Source of the DNA: Gnetum montanum
Lineage: Eukaryota; Plantae; Gnetophyta
Length of the DNA: 64,000 nucleotides
Direction: 5' to 3'
Assembly: GCA_015680685.1 (NCBI GenBank)
Contig: MNCI01003445.1
Location: 189,776 to 253,775 of the forward strand
Part shown: positions 37,960 to 51,929 of the stretch, one piece after another
How the letters are laid out: each line of letters begins with the position of its first letter
Numbering within the stretch: the first letter of the stretch is position 1
Made by a program: the position numbers and the translations under genes
The notes under the pieces: generated by a model
Databases searched by the model: none
Seen by the model: only the letters and a program-made list of their open reading frames with translations
Told to the model about the DNA's origin: nothing

Positions 37960-40900
37960 ATGCCTATTTATGTGCAAAGATATGAGTGTTGTTGGTTACT
38001 TGGATTTCTAGGAATGGTTTAAGGTTGTATATGTTAACTAATATATTTTTTTGAGGGCTAGACAGGTGGTAGAATATCATGGCCCTAGAAGAAAAAGTTG
38101 AATGAATGATGTAAGGTCCTTCCCATAACATTTGGAACTTAGTGTGTTTTGGCACCATGGAATTCTAGTAAAGAACCTTATTGCTAGGTTGGAATGCAAC
38201 TCTTCTTATCTATGCATCATGATGTTATTTGTGTTGGGTCTTATACACTTCATTCATCATTGGGGCTATTTTTTAGTTTTCATCTAGCACATTAAGTATC
38301 ATAAGACATTCTTTTTGGGCTAGATTAATGTTTAGGTCAAGCTCACATAAAGTTGTGTGTAAAAAGTTTAGCTTGGATTGGGTAATTTTCTGTATACTCA
38401 CTTAGAGGAAGGGTAGCCTATAGAAAGCTTCCAAGTTGAATGATGTGCCCAAAGAGCATTGTTAAGTTTGGTACTCTAGTCCTTTCTATATCTACTAATA
38501 GTTCATGTTAGAATTCTAGTAATCTCCCTATTGGTAACTTACCTTGGCTATCAGCTTGGGGTGATAGGGGATTATGAATTTATGTTGCACCTCCTAGTGT
38601 TGCATCAATTTCTAAAAAGTAGACATTCTAAAATATGTTTCATTATCTGAAATGAGTGGTCTATGCATACCAAACTTATTTACCACCTATTTTTGTACAA
38701 ATTGAGCTACAGTGGTAGATGTACAGTTTGATACAATTGTAGCTTCAACTCATTTGGTGTTGTAGTTAACAAAAACTATGATGTCTACTTTTCCATTTGA
38801 CATGGGTGTGATGGATCCCATAAAGTCAATTCCTCAAAAATTAATAGACTCCAATGGTTGGGTCCATTGTTGGGGCCCTTTCATTCGTAAGGTTATTCCT
38901 CCATCTCATTGACATTGTTAACATGAATGGGAGAAATGGTGAGTATCTCTAAAGATTGATGGCTAGAAGTATCCTACCATGAAGATCTTTGTAGTTTTCC
39001 TTCTTCCTACATTGTGGCCCACATAAGGACCCTCATAAGTGTCCTAGAGGATTCACAACTAATCAGCATCAGGCACATACCATTAAACTAGGCCATCGAC
39101 ACAAACCTTGTAAAGATTCTCTTAGATCTTCATGTAATGCTTGACCTGGTGAAGAGACTGTTGTTTCTTCTTATTATCCCATTTTATTGGAGTCTTTTGT
39201 ATGAGAAGATAGAATAGGAACTCATCATCCCAATTGGTTACCCTTGGTTCTTGAACTTGAATGGACTTAGCAAAGAGGAGTTCATTTGGAAATTATTTAG
39301 ATAATTTTTCATCATTCTCCTTGCTATCCCATCTTAATTGAGATAAATGATCAGCAACTACATTCTTGATTCCTTTCCTGTCCACCATTTGTGATTACCT
39401 GATAATTCCTTGGATGACCCTAACTTTTTTTAGATCCACCTCAATCCATTTTTCTAAAATCTAGTGCCTCAAGACAATATCCTCTTGGACCATCAAATAG
39501 CTTTTCTCCTAATTTAGCCATAGGTTTTTCTCCACATAGCATCTTAGCACTTACTCTAGATAGTTCAATGCCTATTCAAAGTTAGTACCATAGGTGGAAA
39601 AGTCATTCATAAAGACTTTCATACCTTTACCAATCTACTACTAATAGATGCTTAGCACTTGACATTGGAAGGTTGGAGAAGCATTACAAAGATTAAAAGA
39701 TATGTTTTTATATGCAAAGGTTCCCCATGGACTTGTGAAAGCTATCTTGACCTAGTATTCTAGTGTAATTTGAATTTGGTTATAACCATTATAACCATCC
39801 AAAAAATTGTGGTAATTATGTTTTGCAGTTGTATCCAATACTTGGTTCATAAATGAAAATGGAAAAAGATATTTAAATGTTGTCATATTCAATAGCCTAA
39901 AGTCTATACAAACTTTTCATTTTCCTTTTTTCTTTAGCACAATCATGAGTGAACTCACCCACTCACTGTTTGCCACAAGATAGATGAATCCTATCTTAAG
40001 AAGTTGTTCCACTTCATCTCTAATAACTTGCTTAAACTTTGGTTTCAATCTCCTCTACAGCTACCCCCTTAGCTTAATAGAAGAGTCTATATAGATCTAG
40101 TGTTGGCATATGCACAAACCTATCCTGGTTAACACATGATATGACCAGGAAAAAGTTGTTGGCTATTTTTTTACAACTTGTAGTAGCTTTATTTTTTATT
40201 CTTTTATGATATTAACATTGATAATTATTAGCTTGCCATTATCAAGAAAAACATACTCTAATATTGTTAGTATAGTTTTAAGTTGAAGGAACTCATGCTT
40301 AAAATAATCAAGGATTTTCAACTCCCTCCAATTCATTTCTATATTTTTTTAGAAGAGTTGTTTATGAATCTACTCCATTTCACTTATGTTATTAACATAA
40401 GCACTTATGAAGAGCTCTACTAGTTCCATGCATATTGTTAAATCAAAATTAACATATGTTGTCAACCACTGGACACTTTTCTATGTTATGGTTGTTGCAT
40501 ACAAGTACCTTTGAATATTTGATGTCTTGGCATATTTATTACTTGTTGTGATAGATGTACTCTTTATGACACATATCCTTCATACAATGGCACCTTGTGT
40601 CATTGTATGCGATGCATGGAACTCACTTCTTCTCTATTTATTTGTATATATTTTCCTTGAAGATTTCTAAGAAAATATCTCTAATTCCCATCTTGGCATC
40701 AATTATGTTGAGCCAAGCCCTTCCAATGGTAATAGGGAAGCTCTTCTTATAGTTATTGTAGTGGGTTACCAAGAAATTTGCTAGATATAACCAATCATAA
40801 ATAGTGGTCACAATATCCTCTACTAATTCCAAAGGAATACTGATGGATTAATTTACAAGCTCCAACTTGATATTGCATTTCTTGAGTAAAGGAAGCTTCT

Positions 40901-43320
40901 AAGTCTTATACATCTGTTTAAAAATTAAGTTTACCTTGGAATCTGAGTCCATTAGATCCTTGAATGACTCATTTCCTAAAATTTGTAATTAAATTAGGAG
41001 ACTTCTAGGATTAGATCATTTCCTAGCAAGGTGTTCTACCTTGATCTAATATGTTATTGCATGAGTTAACATGATAGTATTAACATTTGGGGACTTTTGG
41101 TTTGAAGGTGGCTTGATGGTAATTTCAGAAGTGATGGATGTAAGGTTAGTAGCCACAAATGTTTGCAAGGGTTTGGGTGGACTTTTGAGTCTAAAAAAAG
41201 CCATTTTTCAAGGCTTATTCTCAAAACCACTTGGATGGTCAATTGGCTATAAGTTCATGGCCCTTTTGCATTATGTTTTTGGGATTGTGATGAAATTTCC
41301 TCTTACATAGGTGATGCAAGTGGCAAAGGAGTAGTATTAGAGGGTGTAGGGTGAGTTGTTGAATATATAGGAGAATAAGTGAAAGGAGACTCAGTTCAAA
41401 GAGCATATGTTCTATGATATTCTCAGGGACATAGTGATGAGAGAAAGGAGTATGGCTTGTAGAGCCATGAGGAGATACAAGTTGTTGGACATAATATCCT
41501 TAAGGATCTAGCTTCTAGTAAGGATAATGCTACTGTAGTGGTGGCATCTCCCCTGATTGCATATTTTCCATTGCTAATATTTCTTTTGAGGTTGAGACGG
41601 TGCTCCACTTGGTTAATACTATGGTGAGGGAAACTATTGTTGATAATTACCTTGTGGATAAGGTAATCTCCTTGGTGATTGCCTTTTTTTCAATTTTGGA
41701 TTTAACGTATATACCACAGGTTCTTGTAGATGTCACACTATAAGACAACATCACTTGGGATGTTCATAGTGACAAATGTCATATTTGTCATCATATGTTT
41801 TTGAATCTACAACCTCATCAACCACTCTATCCTTACCTTTTTTCTAATAATAATTCCTATTTATATCTTTCCTTCTTCTTCTATTTCTATCTCTATTCTC
41901 TTACTTTATTTTCTTCTCCATAATTTTGAGAGTAGTTTGAAACTCCATCTAGTGGTTTTTTCTCCTCTAAATAATAGAAACATACCTTCCTTTCACAAAT
42001 AGAGGGATCCTTATTATATTCCTCTACACTTTCTTGCTTTTTCAACTCTCCTTCTTACTTTTTCACTTAATCAATTAGCCTTCAAATTTGATAAGCTCTC
42101 ATTTTTTAAAGTCTTCCTTAGACATAGACTCTAATAATTTTTGTAGTTTTGTTTCAGAGTCCATCTACTATGTGGCAAAGTTGATCCCTTTGAGAAAATC
42201 CATGGCTTAGCCATTAATGTAAAAGAGAGTCATACCTACCCAAGGTTGCATCCAAGGATTCATGTTTGTCATTTTTACATCATTGGATTTGTTTTCTTAG
42301 GTTGGACACCCTGAAGTACATTTGGTATTCATGATTCAACAATTCTAACATTGTACTCCATATATGCATGGATTCCAGCTCCAAGACTAGTACCAACATT
42401 TAGCTTCTTTAATGAGTATCCTTGAGAACAATTTGAGCTTTCTCCACTTGTTTTCAATGTTTTGCAAGACATAGGCATCATGGAAGGCTTGTAAGTGATG
42501 TTACATATCAACATTATATCTTGCTTTAAACTTAAGGATACTATGCATGTCAAGCTATTTAATTTGCTATTCCTTTAATGCATGGTAGGGATTCGAACTA
42601 CTTCTAAAATGTCAAGCATGTTAATTAAAGAAAACAATAGTTCATCATAGTTATTATGTTCATGGCAGCCATGGACATGCCTACTATGATATGACCTACT
42701 ATTCCTTCATTCTCAATGATGCTCCTCTTCCTCTTATAGTTGACTATGCTCCCATTTCCCATCACTATGATGGAAATTTTGATCATCTTCATCTTGATCC
42801 TGATCATTCCTCCTTTAATTTTAAGCATGATTCTTTTTGTTAGAGTTTTATGAGGAGGAGGATGGTGAAGGTAGAGGGCTAGGAGAGTGATGCCTACTGG
42901 TCCTTCTTCTATGGTCCTTTGATGATTCTTCTTCCTTTTCTTCATCTTTTTCTTTAATCTTTTGATGAATGACCAAGAGATCTTTACCTTGAAGTTCTTC
43001 TAATTTTCAACGTTATCCTCCCCTCACCTTGATTATTCTCCAAGGTTGATTAAAACCATTGGTAAAGCATGTCTTTGTAAGTGAGATGGGGAGAATCTTA
43101 ATGCTAAGATTGCCCTAAGAAAATTTTAGGGCTCTTCTTTTGTGACTACAAAAAAAAAGGTGTTAGAAACCTCTTGGCATTTGAGGTTTTATAGCATGCC
43201 TTCATGTGTTAATCTTTCATAAGCTAAGAATCTATTGGTTGATAGTCTTTGAATGTATGGTCTATTACCTCATACTTTGGGCTAGGTGATTTTATTCCCA
43301 ACTTCAAAAGATTTGCCATG
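37960..43320 (-). pseudogene. Degenerate gag-pol (gag about 41000-43320, protease about 40650-41000, RT about 39400-40100, integrase about 37960-39150); most of RNase H deleted
   Basis: LMDSDSKVNLI, ITIGRAWL, FLDGYNGYNQIQI, VFMNDFS, GIEVDLKKV, NVVADHLS, GIDFMGSIT and LWEGPYII motifs. Confidence 0.85.
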
Positions 43321-43694
43321 AACATTGCAAGAACAAACCGATCAGAAGGTGATAAAATGATACTCTTCATATTCCTCCAACATAGCTATTCATTATGATG
43401 GAGAATGAATATGATATCTAGATAGTAGGGATCTAGATGGGCATAGACCACTTTCAGCTATTAAGGTTTTTCACTAATAGTCCTCTTAGATTTGTCATAC
43501 TATTGATTGGAATTATCAATGTGTGGTGGTGAATCATTCTTATGCAAATAAGCCATTTTATTAGTTTGAATAAAGTGTTCCTTGATATAATATTATTATT
43601 ATTTTGTATGAAAGATGATTTGTTATGTTTTTCTTACAAAAACTTTATATGAGTTTACTATCTACTAATACTTAGCACACTTAGCTAAACTAAG

Positions 43695-43713
43695 TTCCCC
43701 AACAATGATACCA
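43695..43713 (-). promoter_or_regulatory. Degenerate Athila-type PBS (tRNA-Asp-like)
   Basis: TGGTATCATTGTTGGGGAA next to the 5' LTR; differs from TGGCGCCGTTGCCGGGGA only by transitions. Confidence 0.65.
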
Positions 43714-43714
43714 A

Positions 43715-44600
43715 TGATGAGTAGTTGGTATTTTCTATGCCCAATCATATGAATAACAAGCACATATGCATGATCTGGTCAAATTCTGTGGACTTATTTA
43801 CCTAAGTGGTTGATATTCCTAGAAAGTGAATTATGTAGTTGTAAGTGGTTGTCTTTAAAATCCACACTTGTGTTAATCTATGCATATGGCTAAGTGTGGT
43901 TGAGGCAGAAGATTTTTATTTTTATGCTTTTTGTTATTTTCTCCTACTTGCTAAATACTTAAATGTATAAAGATTTAATGTTTAAATCAACTAATTAATT
44001 AACTACTTTGTTATCTAACTAGCCTAACGTAGAGTATCTTTTCTTACTTTTTGTACATATCCTGAATATATATTAACACTGTTGGGTTACTAGGTATATA
44101 CTACTAGGTGTACTAAATATCCACTGCTAGGATTACCAAACATTAGTATATTATGCTTGAAGCGGTCATACTTACATTGCTTATGAACTATAATATTAAT
44201 TGCTTAATTACAAGAAAGTAAATTACATGTAAAGTACATTGCTAAAAAGTAGATTTATGCTGGTCCAAGTGCTGCAATGAATAGAAGAAATCTAGATTTT
44301 ATTTTCATTCATGCAAATGTGTTCAAGTCTAGATACACTCAAATAAAATGATGTACAATCACTTGAATCCACACTGCGAGCACTTATAGGAAAAAATATT
44401 CTAACTTCTCTTGAAAGAAACTTCAAGAGTTGGGCTAGCCTATGACTGACTAGTGTCATAAATGCAAGCAGTGTATGCATTTATATAGGCGATGCCTATA
44501 TTAGTGTCAACATACCTACTTCAATGCATCATAGGATACATTGACGAGGCTATTTTTATGGGCATGTGTCGACATAGCCTATCTAATTGATGCTTCATCA
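43715..44600 (-). repeat. 5' LTR of the Athila-like element
   Basis: Direct repeat of 32056-32926; TG...CA termini. Confidence 0.88.
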
Positions 44601-45340
44601 ATTAGTATTATGTTGAACATATTGATGGTATTCATAGGTAATTCTAATTTTGTGAAAGAAAATACAACCACCATTATGTTATACATTTGAGGAGTGTACA
44701 CAAGAAATAAGATACTATAAGTCTTTTGTGTGGCATTTGAGAAAATTTGGTTGAAGAATGCTTATGAAGAAATGTTTTACATTTATTAGAATAAAATAAA
44801 TTATATTTGAAAACATGTCAACTAGTGACTAAAAAATAACTTGTATTAAGTTATGACTAGTTTATTTGAACACGATGTAATACTCATCAAACATTATGAA
44901 AAAACCATAGGCAAAAGCAGTTATGAATTAGGATAATGAGATGAACATGTAATTTTAACATTTTCTATTTATTTTTGAGCTACAGCTTGGGAGCCATTTG
45001 ATAATCCAGACACATACAAAAATAGAGAGTGTGTGGGAATAAAATTTGAAATAAAAAATTGAAATGTATTAGTGTATGGATGGCTCATGATCATATTTGT
45101 ACCAAAAAAAGAAAAAAGAAAAAAACTTATGTAGCTAATCCCATTGTGTTGGGACAAAGCTAGGATGTCTTTACCTTATTTGAAATTTGAAACCTATAAA
45201 TGGCTAAAAATTCTTGATATAGAACATGTTGGTAGTGGAATCAAAGAAATAATAAAGATAAACATCACATTTTCCTATAATACCCTATATTGAAGCATAT
45301 TAGACATAAGTGAGATATTATAATTATCAATTTAATTGAT
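44601..45340. repeat. Old diverged copy of the FAD upstream region (continues 31971-32055)
   Basis: 44601-45070 resembles 23180-23670; 45115-45340 resembles 27780-28030. Confidence 0.8.
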
Positions 45341-47149
45341 TTTTTCCATATATTCTTCTCTCATACCTCACAAGAGAAGCATTCATTTTTTCATTGTTCA
45401 TTCCAAAGCTTAAGGGTTCAAAGGAGTTTTAAGGAGAAGTTTCCTTTTTCTATTTTATTTTATTTTTGCTTCATAGTGCTAACATTTTCTCATAATCTCT
45501 CTTAGATTTTATGATTCTTTCATAAGATCATACATTTTCATAGTCAAAATTTATGTTCTCTTAATGTCTTAATAAGATCTCTCACATTACAAAATTAAAT
45601 TTTTTAAAAGGTCATTAATTCTATCAAAGTTGATCATTCAACCTTCAAATATCATAAAAATAAGTACTATGCTTACTCAAAGGGTGATAAATATGTTTAA
45701 ATCATTAATCATTATTGTTATTTTATCATTCAAAGTTTCATTTTCATGTATATTTAGTTGTCACAAGTTGCTAAAGTATTTTGCAAACTAGATCTTGCTT
45801 TTACCTCACTCCTTTTTAAAAATTTTATATGAGATTCATCTTTTTCATGTCAATAGCATCCTAGAGCTCTTAAATTCCAAGCAAAATGACCTCAAATAAA
45901 TCTAGATCATTCATTTAGAAACACATTTTTTTTATAGCCTATCTTTGTGTCCAATGATGAAAATACAACTATATTATTATATATCACTCCAATGGTGGTG
46001 TGTAATATGTTGGAATTTTATTTTCTATAAAAGATCATGATTCAAGTTGTAGTAACCAACAACTAGTGATATCATCAAATTTAACCTAAGAGCAATTAAT
46101 TTTCTTAGTGCTTTAGTGATCTCTAGTAATAAGAGTTAAAAGAATCATGATTCATATTGATTCTAGTAGCCTTCAGTGATATCATCAAGCTATGACTTAA
46201 TTTCAATATTTTGTATACTCTAATAGTTCCTCTATAATTCTTTTAATGTATCATGTTAGCTATATGTCTTATGATGTACTTATGATTATTCTTTTGAGTT
46301 CATAAAACCCCTTAAACATTGTAAGTCCCTTTAAGGGGAGATTTTTAGACTTAAAAATAACATTAATTACAAGAAAAAAATTATCAAAGTACATCATATT
46401 CTTGACATTGATTAGAAAACACTACAAACAAGGAAAACTTCCCAATTTTTGGGATGCCTATTGTTGCTATGTAAAAATGTTCACATGTAACATTTTTCTT
46501 ACATCTTACATCTTACATGTTGTTTTTCCTTGTATCTTTTTTCTTGAGTAGAAAAAAGATAAATATTAAACAAATGTCCATCATGATGATAAAATTTGCA
46601 AGAATTAGGAAGATTATAGTACATAATTGGCTAAATGTAAGTCTTTCTACTTGCTTGTAATACTAATTTCTTTTATGATTAAGTAGACTAATTTCAACAA
46701 AAAATGTTTATGAGAGTCAAATGATGTGGAAATAAATTCCATATGGTTAATGGAACTAAGAAGACTAAATATTTACTATTAAATTCTTTGAAAAAATCAA
46801 TGAAAGATTAAATAGCTTAACAAGATATAGAACTTGAAAATATCCTTCAAATTAGACATTAACATTTGTTGTCTACTTACAAATAATTAATATTGCATGC
46901 TTATGTATAAATGATCCTATATATAGGGAATGTAGAAATGGTTATGAAATGGGCAAGATAGTCACACTATCAAAATTTGATCCTAAATAGTGAGCCTTCT
47001 TTTGTATGAAAATAATGCTACCTTGATCTCCACTATGTAGAAGGTATGGAAAAATGTTGCAAATCTTAAATAATTACTGTTACTCATTTGATCTTTAAGA
47101 GAATATAGATAAATCCAAATTGATGGTTTGGGGTACCAAAAATACTTGT

Positions 47150-48178
47150 TGTAACTTCAGCTTTAGATGTACTAGTCTATAAATAGTAGATTCTTTTAAA
47201 CATTTGGATCTCATTTTTATTAAAAATTAAAAGTAGGATAAGTGCATTAAAGAAATAATAGTAGAAGGTTCAAGGCTCTGTATACTTTCAAAAACAAGTG
47301 CAAGAATTTAGGATTTTGGGCTTGGAAGATAAAAAAAATTGATTTTTTAAACTATCATCTATCCTATTGTATTGTATAAATGTGCTATTTCAGAATATGA
47401 ACTTAGTGCTAAACTTTGGAAAGATATTGAAAGAGTATAAAAATATTTTCTTCTTAATAAGTTAAAAGTGAAGATGAAAATACCTTACTTAATGTTTTTA
47501 TGCAAATAGGATTTATTACTTTTAGAAGAAGAAGCCTTGTGCTAATTCCTTTATATCATAGCTTGTATATCTTAAGGTAAGAAAAGTTCTCTAAAGTAGT
47601 TCTTGTGAATTCACAAGACTATGGTTGGTATTTTTAGGGAATTCAATGGTTAAGAAAATGGAATATTTCTTGGGAGAAAGTGCAATAAAATTTTAAACAT
47701 GTTCGCTAATTAGTCAAGCAAAGGGTTTAAACACCATTGTGTTCTAATGTAGAAGGTAAGAAACAATTTTATTTACATTGCATTAGATCTAGTAAACTAG
47801 ATATAGATGCTCACTACCTCTAAGTTACCATTCCAATCGAATATCAAAGTGCCATTAGTAAGCTTTGCTTAAGTTTGCATCATGTTAGAACTAAAAGTAG
47901 AAGATGGATTTAACTTTCATTTGAAGAGCACACTTATAAGTTGTGTAGGTGAGAAGCCCTTAAGGATAAGTTACATGTGTTTATTTTTTGTGATGTGACA
48001 ATCCATTTGAGACAACACTATAACGTTGTAGTAAATAAACTTATATGATTTGTTTTTGTTATTCCCATTAATGCTTAGTAAATTTGTAGAGCCTATATTT
48101 ATTTGTCATGAATATGTAATATCTATCTAATAGATCCTGTAGGTCTTCAAATGTAATAAAGCTTTAGTTTTAGTTTTA
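47150..48178 (+). mobile_element. 5'-truncated degenerate LINE (ORF2 C-terminus and 3' tail)
   Basis: VDSFKHLDLIF, AKLWKDIERV*KYFLLNKLKVKMKIPY, SAISKLCLSLHHVRTKSRRW and KLC...DKLHVFIFC (zinc-finger-like). Ends AATAAAGC(TTTAG)2. Confidence 0.65.
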
Positions 48179-49249
48179 TAATATTAACTAACTTAATAAG
48201 CAAAAAGAAAAAAAAAGTATCTAACATGAATGACTAAAGTATTCTACTCTTGCATCAAATCATTTAACTACAATTTGAAACATTGAAAGGTAGATAATCC
48301 AAAATTTAAATAAATACACATTGTAATATAAGAGCAGCAACTAAAAATTCATGCACATCATTAGAAAAAATAAAATTAAGTGTTTGATTTGTAACATTAC
48401 CAGAAGAAGATATCACAAATTTTTGCTTGCTAAATTGTGAATCTACATTATAAGAATTAACAACATTTTCTACATTAATAGAAGAAGCAAAAATTTCAAC
48501 ATCAATAGAATAACATGAAAGCAATTTATAATCCTTCATAAGGAAATGATAATTCTAGATAAATTAGTTCCAATAAATCATTGAGATTAATAAAACTTCA
48601 AATACTTCACTTGTTGTAGGTTCACTCCATTTTTTTAACCTTCAAATCCAACTAAATCAAGATATTATAAAAGACAATTCAATATGCTTGAAAATAAGAA
48701 AACTAGTTATTTTTAAATAATGTAAAGAAGATTACAATTAGTGGTTTCACCACCCATGACAGCATAATTCACTCAAAAACACTCAATGATATTGTAGAGG
48801 ATGAGGCTATACAACTACATAATAATTATTCTCAATGAAAGATACAAATGAATGGGATCTCTCCTATAAACATAGGACTAAGATCCAAACACATCTTGTA
48901 CATAAGAGATTGATGTAGGAACAACTCTTTTGAGCCCTTTTTCATCCCTACAAGTGATTGATTTGTAGGTTCAAGAAACCAAGAGATGTCTTTGTTGCAA
49001 GCTATAAAGCTAAAAAAAACAATCACTTCTTTGCTACAAGCAATAGGGAAAAAAAGAAAAATAAATGAGAGATGTTCCAAGATAAACTCTAACATGGCAA
49101 ATCCAATAGTGGAAATTAAGTGGAAAAAATAGTTTTAAATTTTTTATCTCTATGTTTGAGATAAATGTAGTGCATATAATTACTAGTCGTAATTGTGCAT
49201 GTGATTGCTAATTATGATTGTAGATGGATTGCTAGTTATGAATATACAT

Positions 49250-51900
49250 AAGGGAAGCAACCGAAAAGCTAGAACAATAAGAGAAAAAAGAAAAGAGAGC
49301 TTGTATGAGAGTGGTGTGCATCTATAAGGTAAGATCTATATATCTAATCTTGGCCATAGTTCTCTGTGTTTGTGTCAGATCTCAAATCTATGTTGTAAGA
49401 TCTAGTTTTATTGAGCCTTGCATTAAGGATAATCATTTTGAGATTATAAAGCCTCATGCTCTATAATATTATTAAGTGTATGAAAGTTATGATTTGTGAT
49501 CTAGAATTTGTGGATTTGTTGTAATTGTATCTTTTTTAATTTAATAGAACATAGTTAGATTTCTTTTTTTAGAAATTCTTTATGTTGCATATTTTTTAGA
49601 TTTGACATATTTAAAGGGTTAAAGAAAATTAGAGTGATCTTGCTCCAATGATTGGTATCAAAATATAAGGGGTTATGGTTGGTTAAAACTTGGTTATGTG
49701 TTTTTGTCTATTTTAGATGGCTCCTAAAAAGGAAAATCTTCAAGCCTTGAATCAAGACATGGAGAATATAAAATATTCCTTTTAGCTAATGATTGATTAA
49801 TGGGATGAAATTAGCACTATGGTAGATCAAAATGCAGGTCCTAACCATATTCAGCCATGCGATGTTGATGTGCTTTCTCATATAATTTCTAATGAAGAAG
49901 TTTCTTAGCCTAGTGAAAGGAGATCCGATGAGAAAGAAGAAAATTCCAACTATGAAAGTATGAGAACCCATTAGCTTAGAGTTCTAAGGGAAGGGAATCA
50001 AAATCCTTATTTTATAACTCTAAGAGTTTCATCACCATCTTTAACTTCTTCTCATGGTAAGATTGATGATGTAGATAAAGTAAGGCTTGTTAGGACATTT
50101 AGAAATATTGCAAGACTACTGTATGTGGAGCTGAAGACTTTCAATGGTGTAGATGACATCACTGAAGCTAGCTAAGGGCACTATACAAACCTTTTGAGAT
50201 ACAAGAGGTACTAAATCAATCATGAGTGCCAATTGCAGAGTCTAGATTAGAAGGAATTACTTCAAGTTGGTGGGAAAGAGAATCCTAAAGTTATGAGAGG
50301 TAAAATAGTCAGCCTAATGGAATGATCCTTGATGAAATACAAAATTTGAACATTCTTGCCAAAGGTAAGAGATAATTATGAAGCTAAAATTCATTAGATA
50401 GGGAGAAAAAGATGTTAAGAAATTTTACATTAAATTCTATGATCTATTCCATCATGATAAGGTAATTTGAGAGGAGTATGAATAGGTTTCAATCTTTCTT
50501 GGAACTCTTAAAATGACTTACTTGCAAGAGTTGTTATTCTATGTGCCTTAAATCCTTAATGAGGCCTATGATTTGATGCTCAAGGTAGAAAAGAAAATTA
50601 GTGGATATGAAAATAGGAGTAAATAAGCTTCAAAGGAAAAGAACAAGGGATCCAAATTTGAAAAAGTATTAAAGTCAAAAATTAGAGAAAATTATGGAAA
50701 TCATGACAAGATGCATGAAAAGAGCAATGAAAAGGGAAAAGCCAAGAAAGACTAAGGAAAATGGGGCAAGGGTTAAGGTAGCAACTCATCCAAGTTTCAA
50801 TGCTTCAAATGTGAAGAGTGGCAACACGAGCAATGGGAATGTTTACTTCATAAGGTAGCTAAGACCAAGGATCTTCAAACCATGAAAGTAAAGAAGACAT
50901 TAAGTCAAACTCTTCATAATGGTAATCATAATGCTTCCAAAATTAAGGAAGTTTTAGAATTAAATTCTTATCCATTTATGGAAAATGTGAATAGAGGAGA
51001 CCATCCAGTAAGGAAATTGTTATTTCATATTGGGGCTAGATGTTTACTTAGTGGGGTAATTATTAGATTTGATTTAGTGACAAAACCTCATCCTAGATCC
51101 TACAAGGTGCATTGGTTATCATGAGATTTCTCTTAAGAGATAAGGGAGTAATATGTTTTGAAATTTAAAATTGGAAGTTTTCATGATGTTGTGAAATGTG
51201 ATTTGTTGTCAATTGATTGTACTAACATGATACTTAAAAGTCCTTGGAATTTTGATAATAGTGCTCAATTTAATGGATCAAGATATGTGTGGAGTGTATT
51301 AAGACTTGATCGAGTCCATGAGTGTATTACAATGATAGCTAAACAAGTGAGGCATTAAGGCTCACCTAATGCTTCTTTAATTCTTCTTGGAAAGAGGAAA
51401 TATATTAAGGAACATGATGAAGCTAGTTTTGATTTTGTTGTTGTTTCAAATCTTCTTTCTAACCATGATTATGGGTAGATAGATCTTCTAGCAAGTGTGC
51501 TAGGCTTAAAGGAGAATTTCCCAAGGTGTTCACAGGGGAATTGAATGGTTTGCCACCAATAAGAAATGTCCAGTGCTAAATTGATTTTATTTGAAATGCT
51601 ACCATCTCAAATAAAAGAGCATACCCAATGGCATCAAATCAATGGGATGAATTTCAAAGGCAAGTTTATGAGTTACGTGTAGATGGTATCATGGGGGAAT
51701 CCATTTTACCCTATGCAACTCTAGCAATGCTTGTGCTAAAGGAGAAGTACAAAAGTGGAAAATACAATGTGATGGATAATGCATTGTCTAGGGTGCATGT
51801 TGTGAATTCTAGTATACCTCATGTGGAAGGTATGAATGACTTTGTTAATCTGTATGAGCTTGACTGAGAATGTTAAATTTTCATCTATTGCAATATCGTA
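49250..51900 (+). mobile_element. Degenerate chromovirus-type element: LTR 3' part, tRNA-iMet PBS (about 49653), gag (about 49718), protease; RT and most of RNase H deleted
   Basis: ttggtatcaaa PBS; MAPKKENLQA; CFKCEEWQHEQWEC knuckle; PHPRSYKVHWL. Peptide LPYATLAMLVLK is fused directly to YKSGKYNVMDNALSRVH. Confidence 0.8.
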
Positions 51901-51929
51901 TCTAAAATATTGTAGCAAGGATGTCATGG

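Larger units (their letters stand above)
32056..44600 (-). mobile_element. Full-length degenerate Athila-like Ty3/gypsy element (12.5 kb) with two LTRs and TSD ATTAG
   Basis: LTRs 32056-32926 and 43715-44600 (TGATGA...ATCA). TSD at 32051-32055 and 44601-44605. PBS, gag, protease, RT, integrase and downstream extra ORF all on the minus strand. The joined flanks match 23095-23700. Confidence 0.92.

Noticed and set aside
48240-49100. Possible DNA-transposon transposase remnant (ORFs 48306-48539 and 48832-49095)
   Set aside because: No recognisable catalytic motif, TIR or TSD; AT-rich chance ORFs cannot be excluded.
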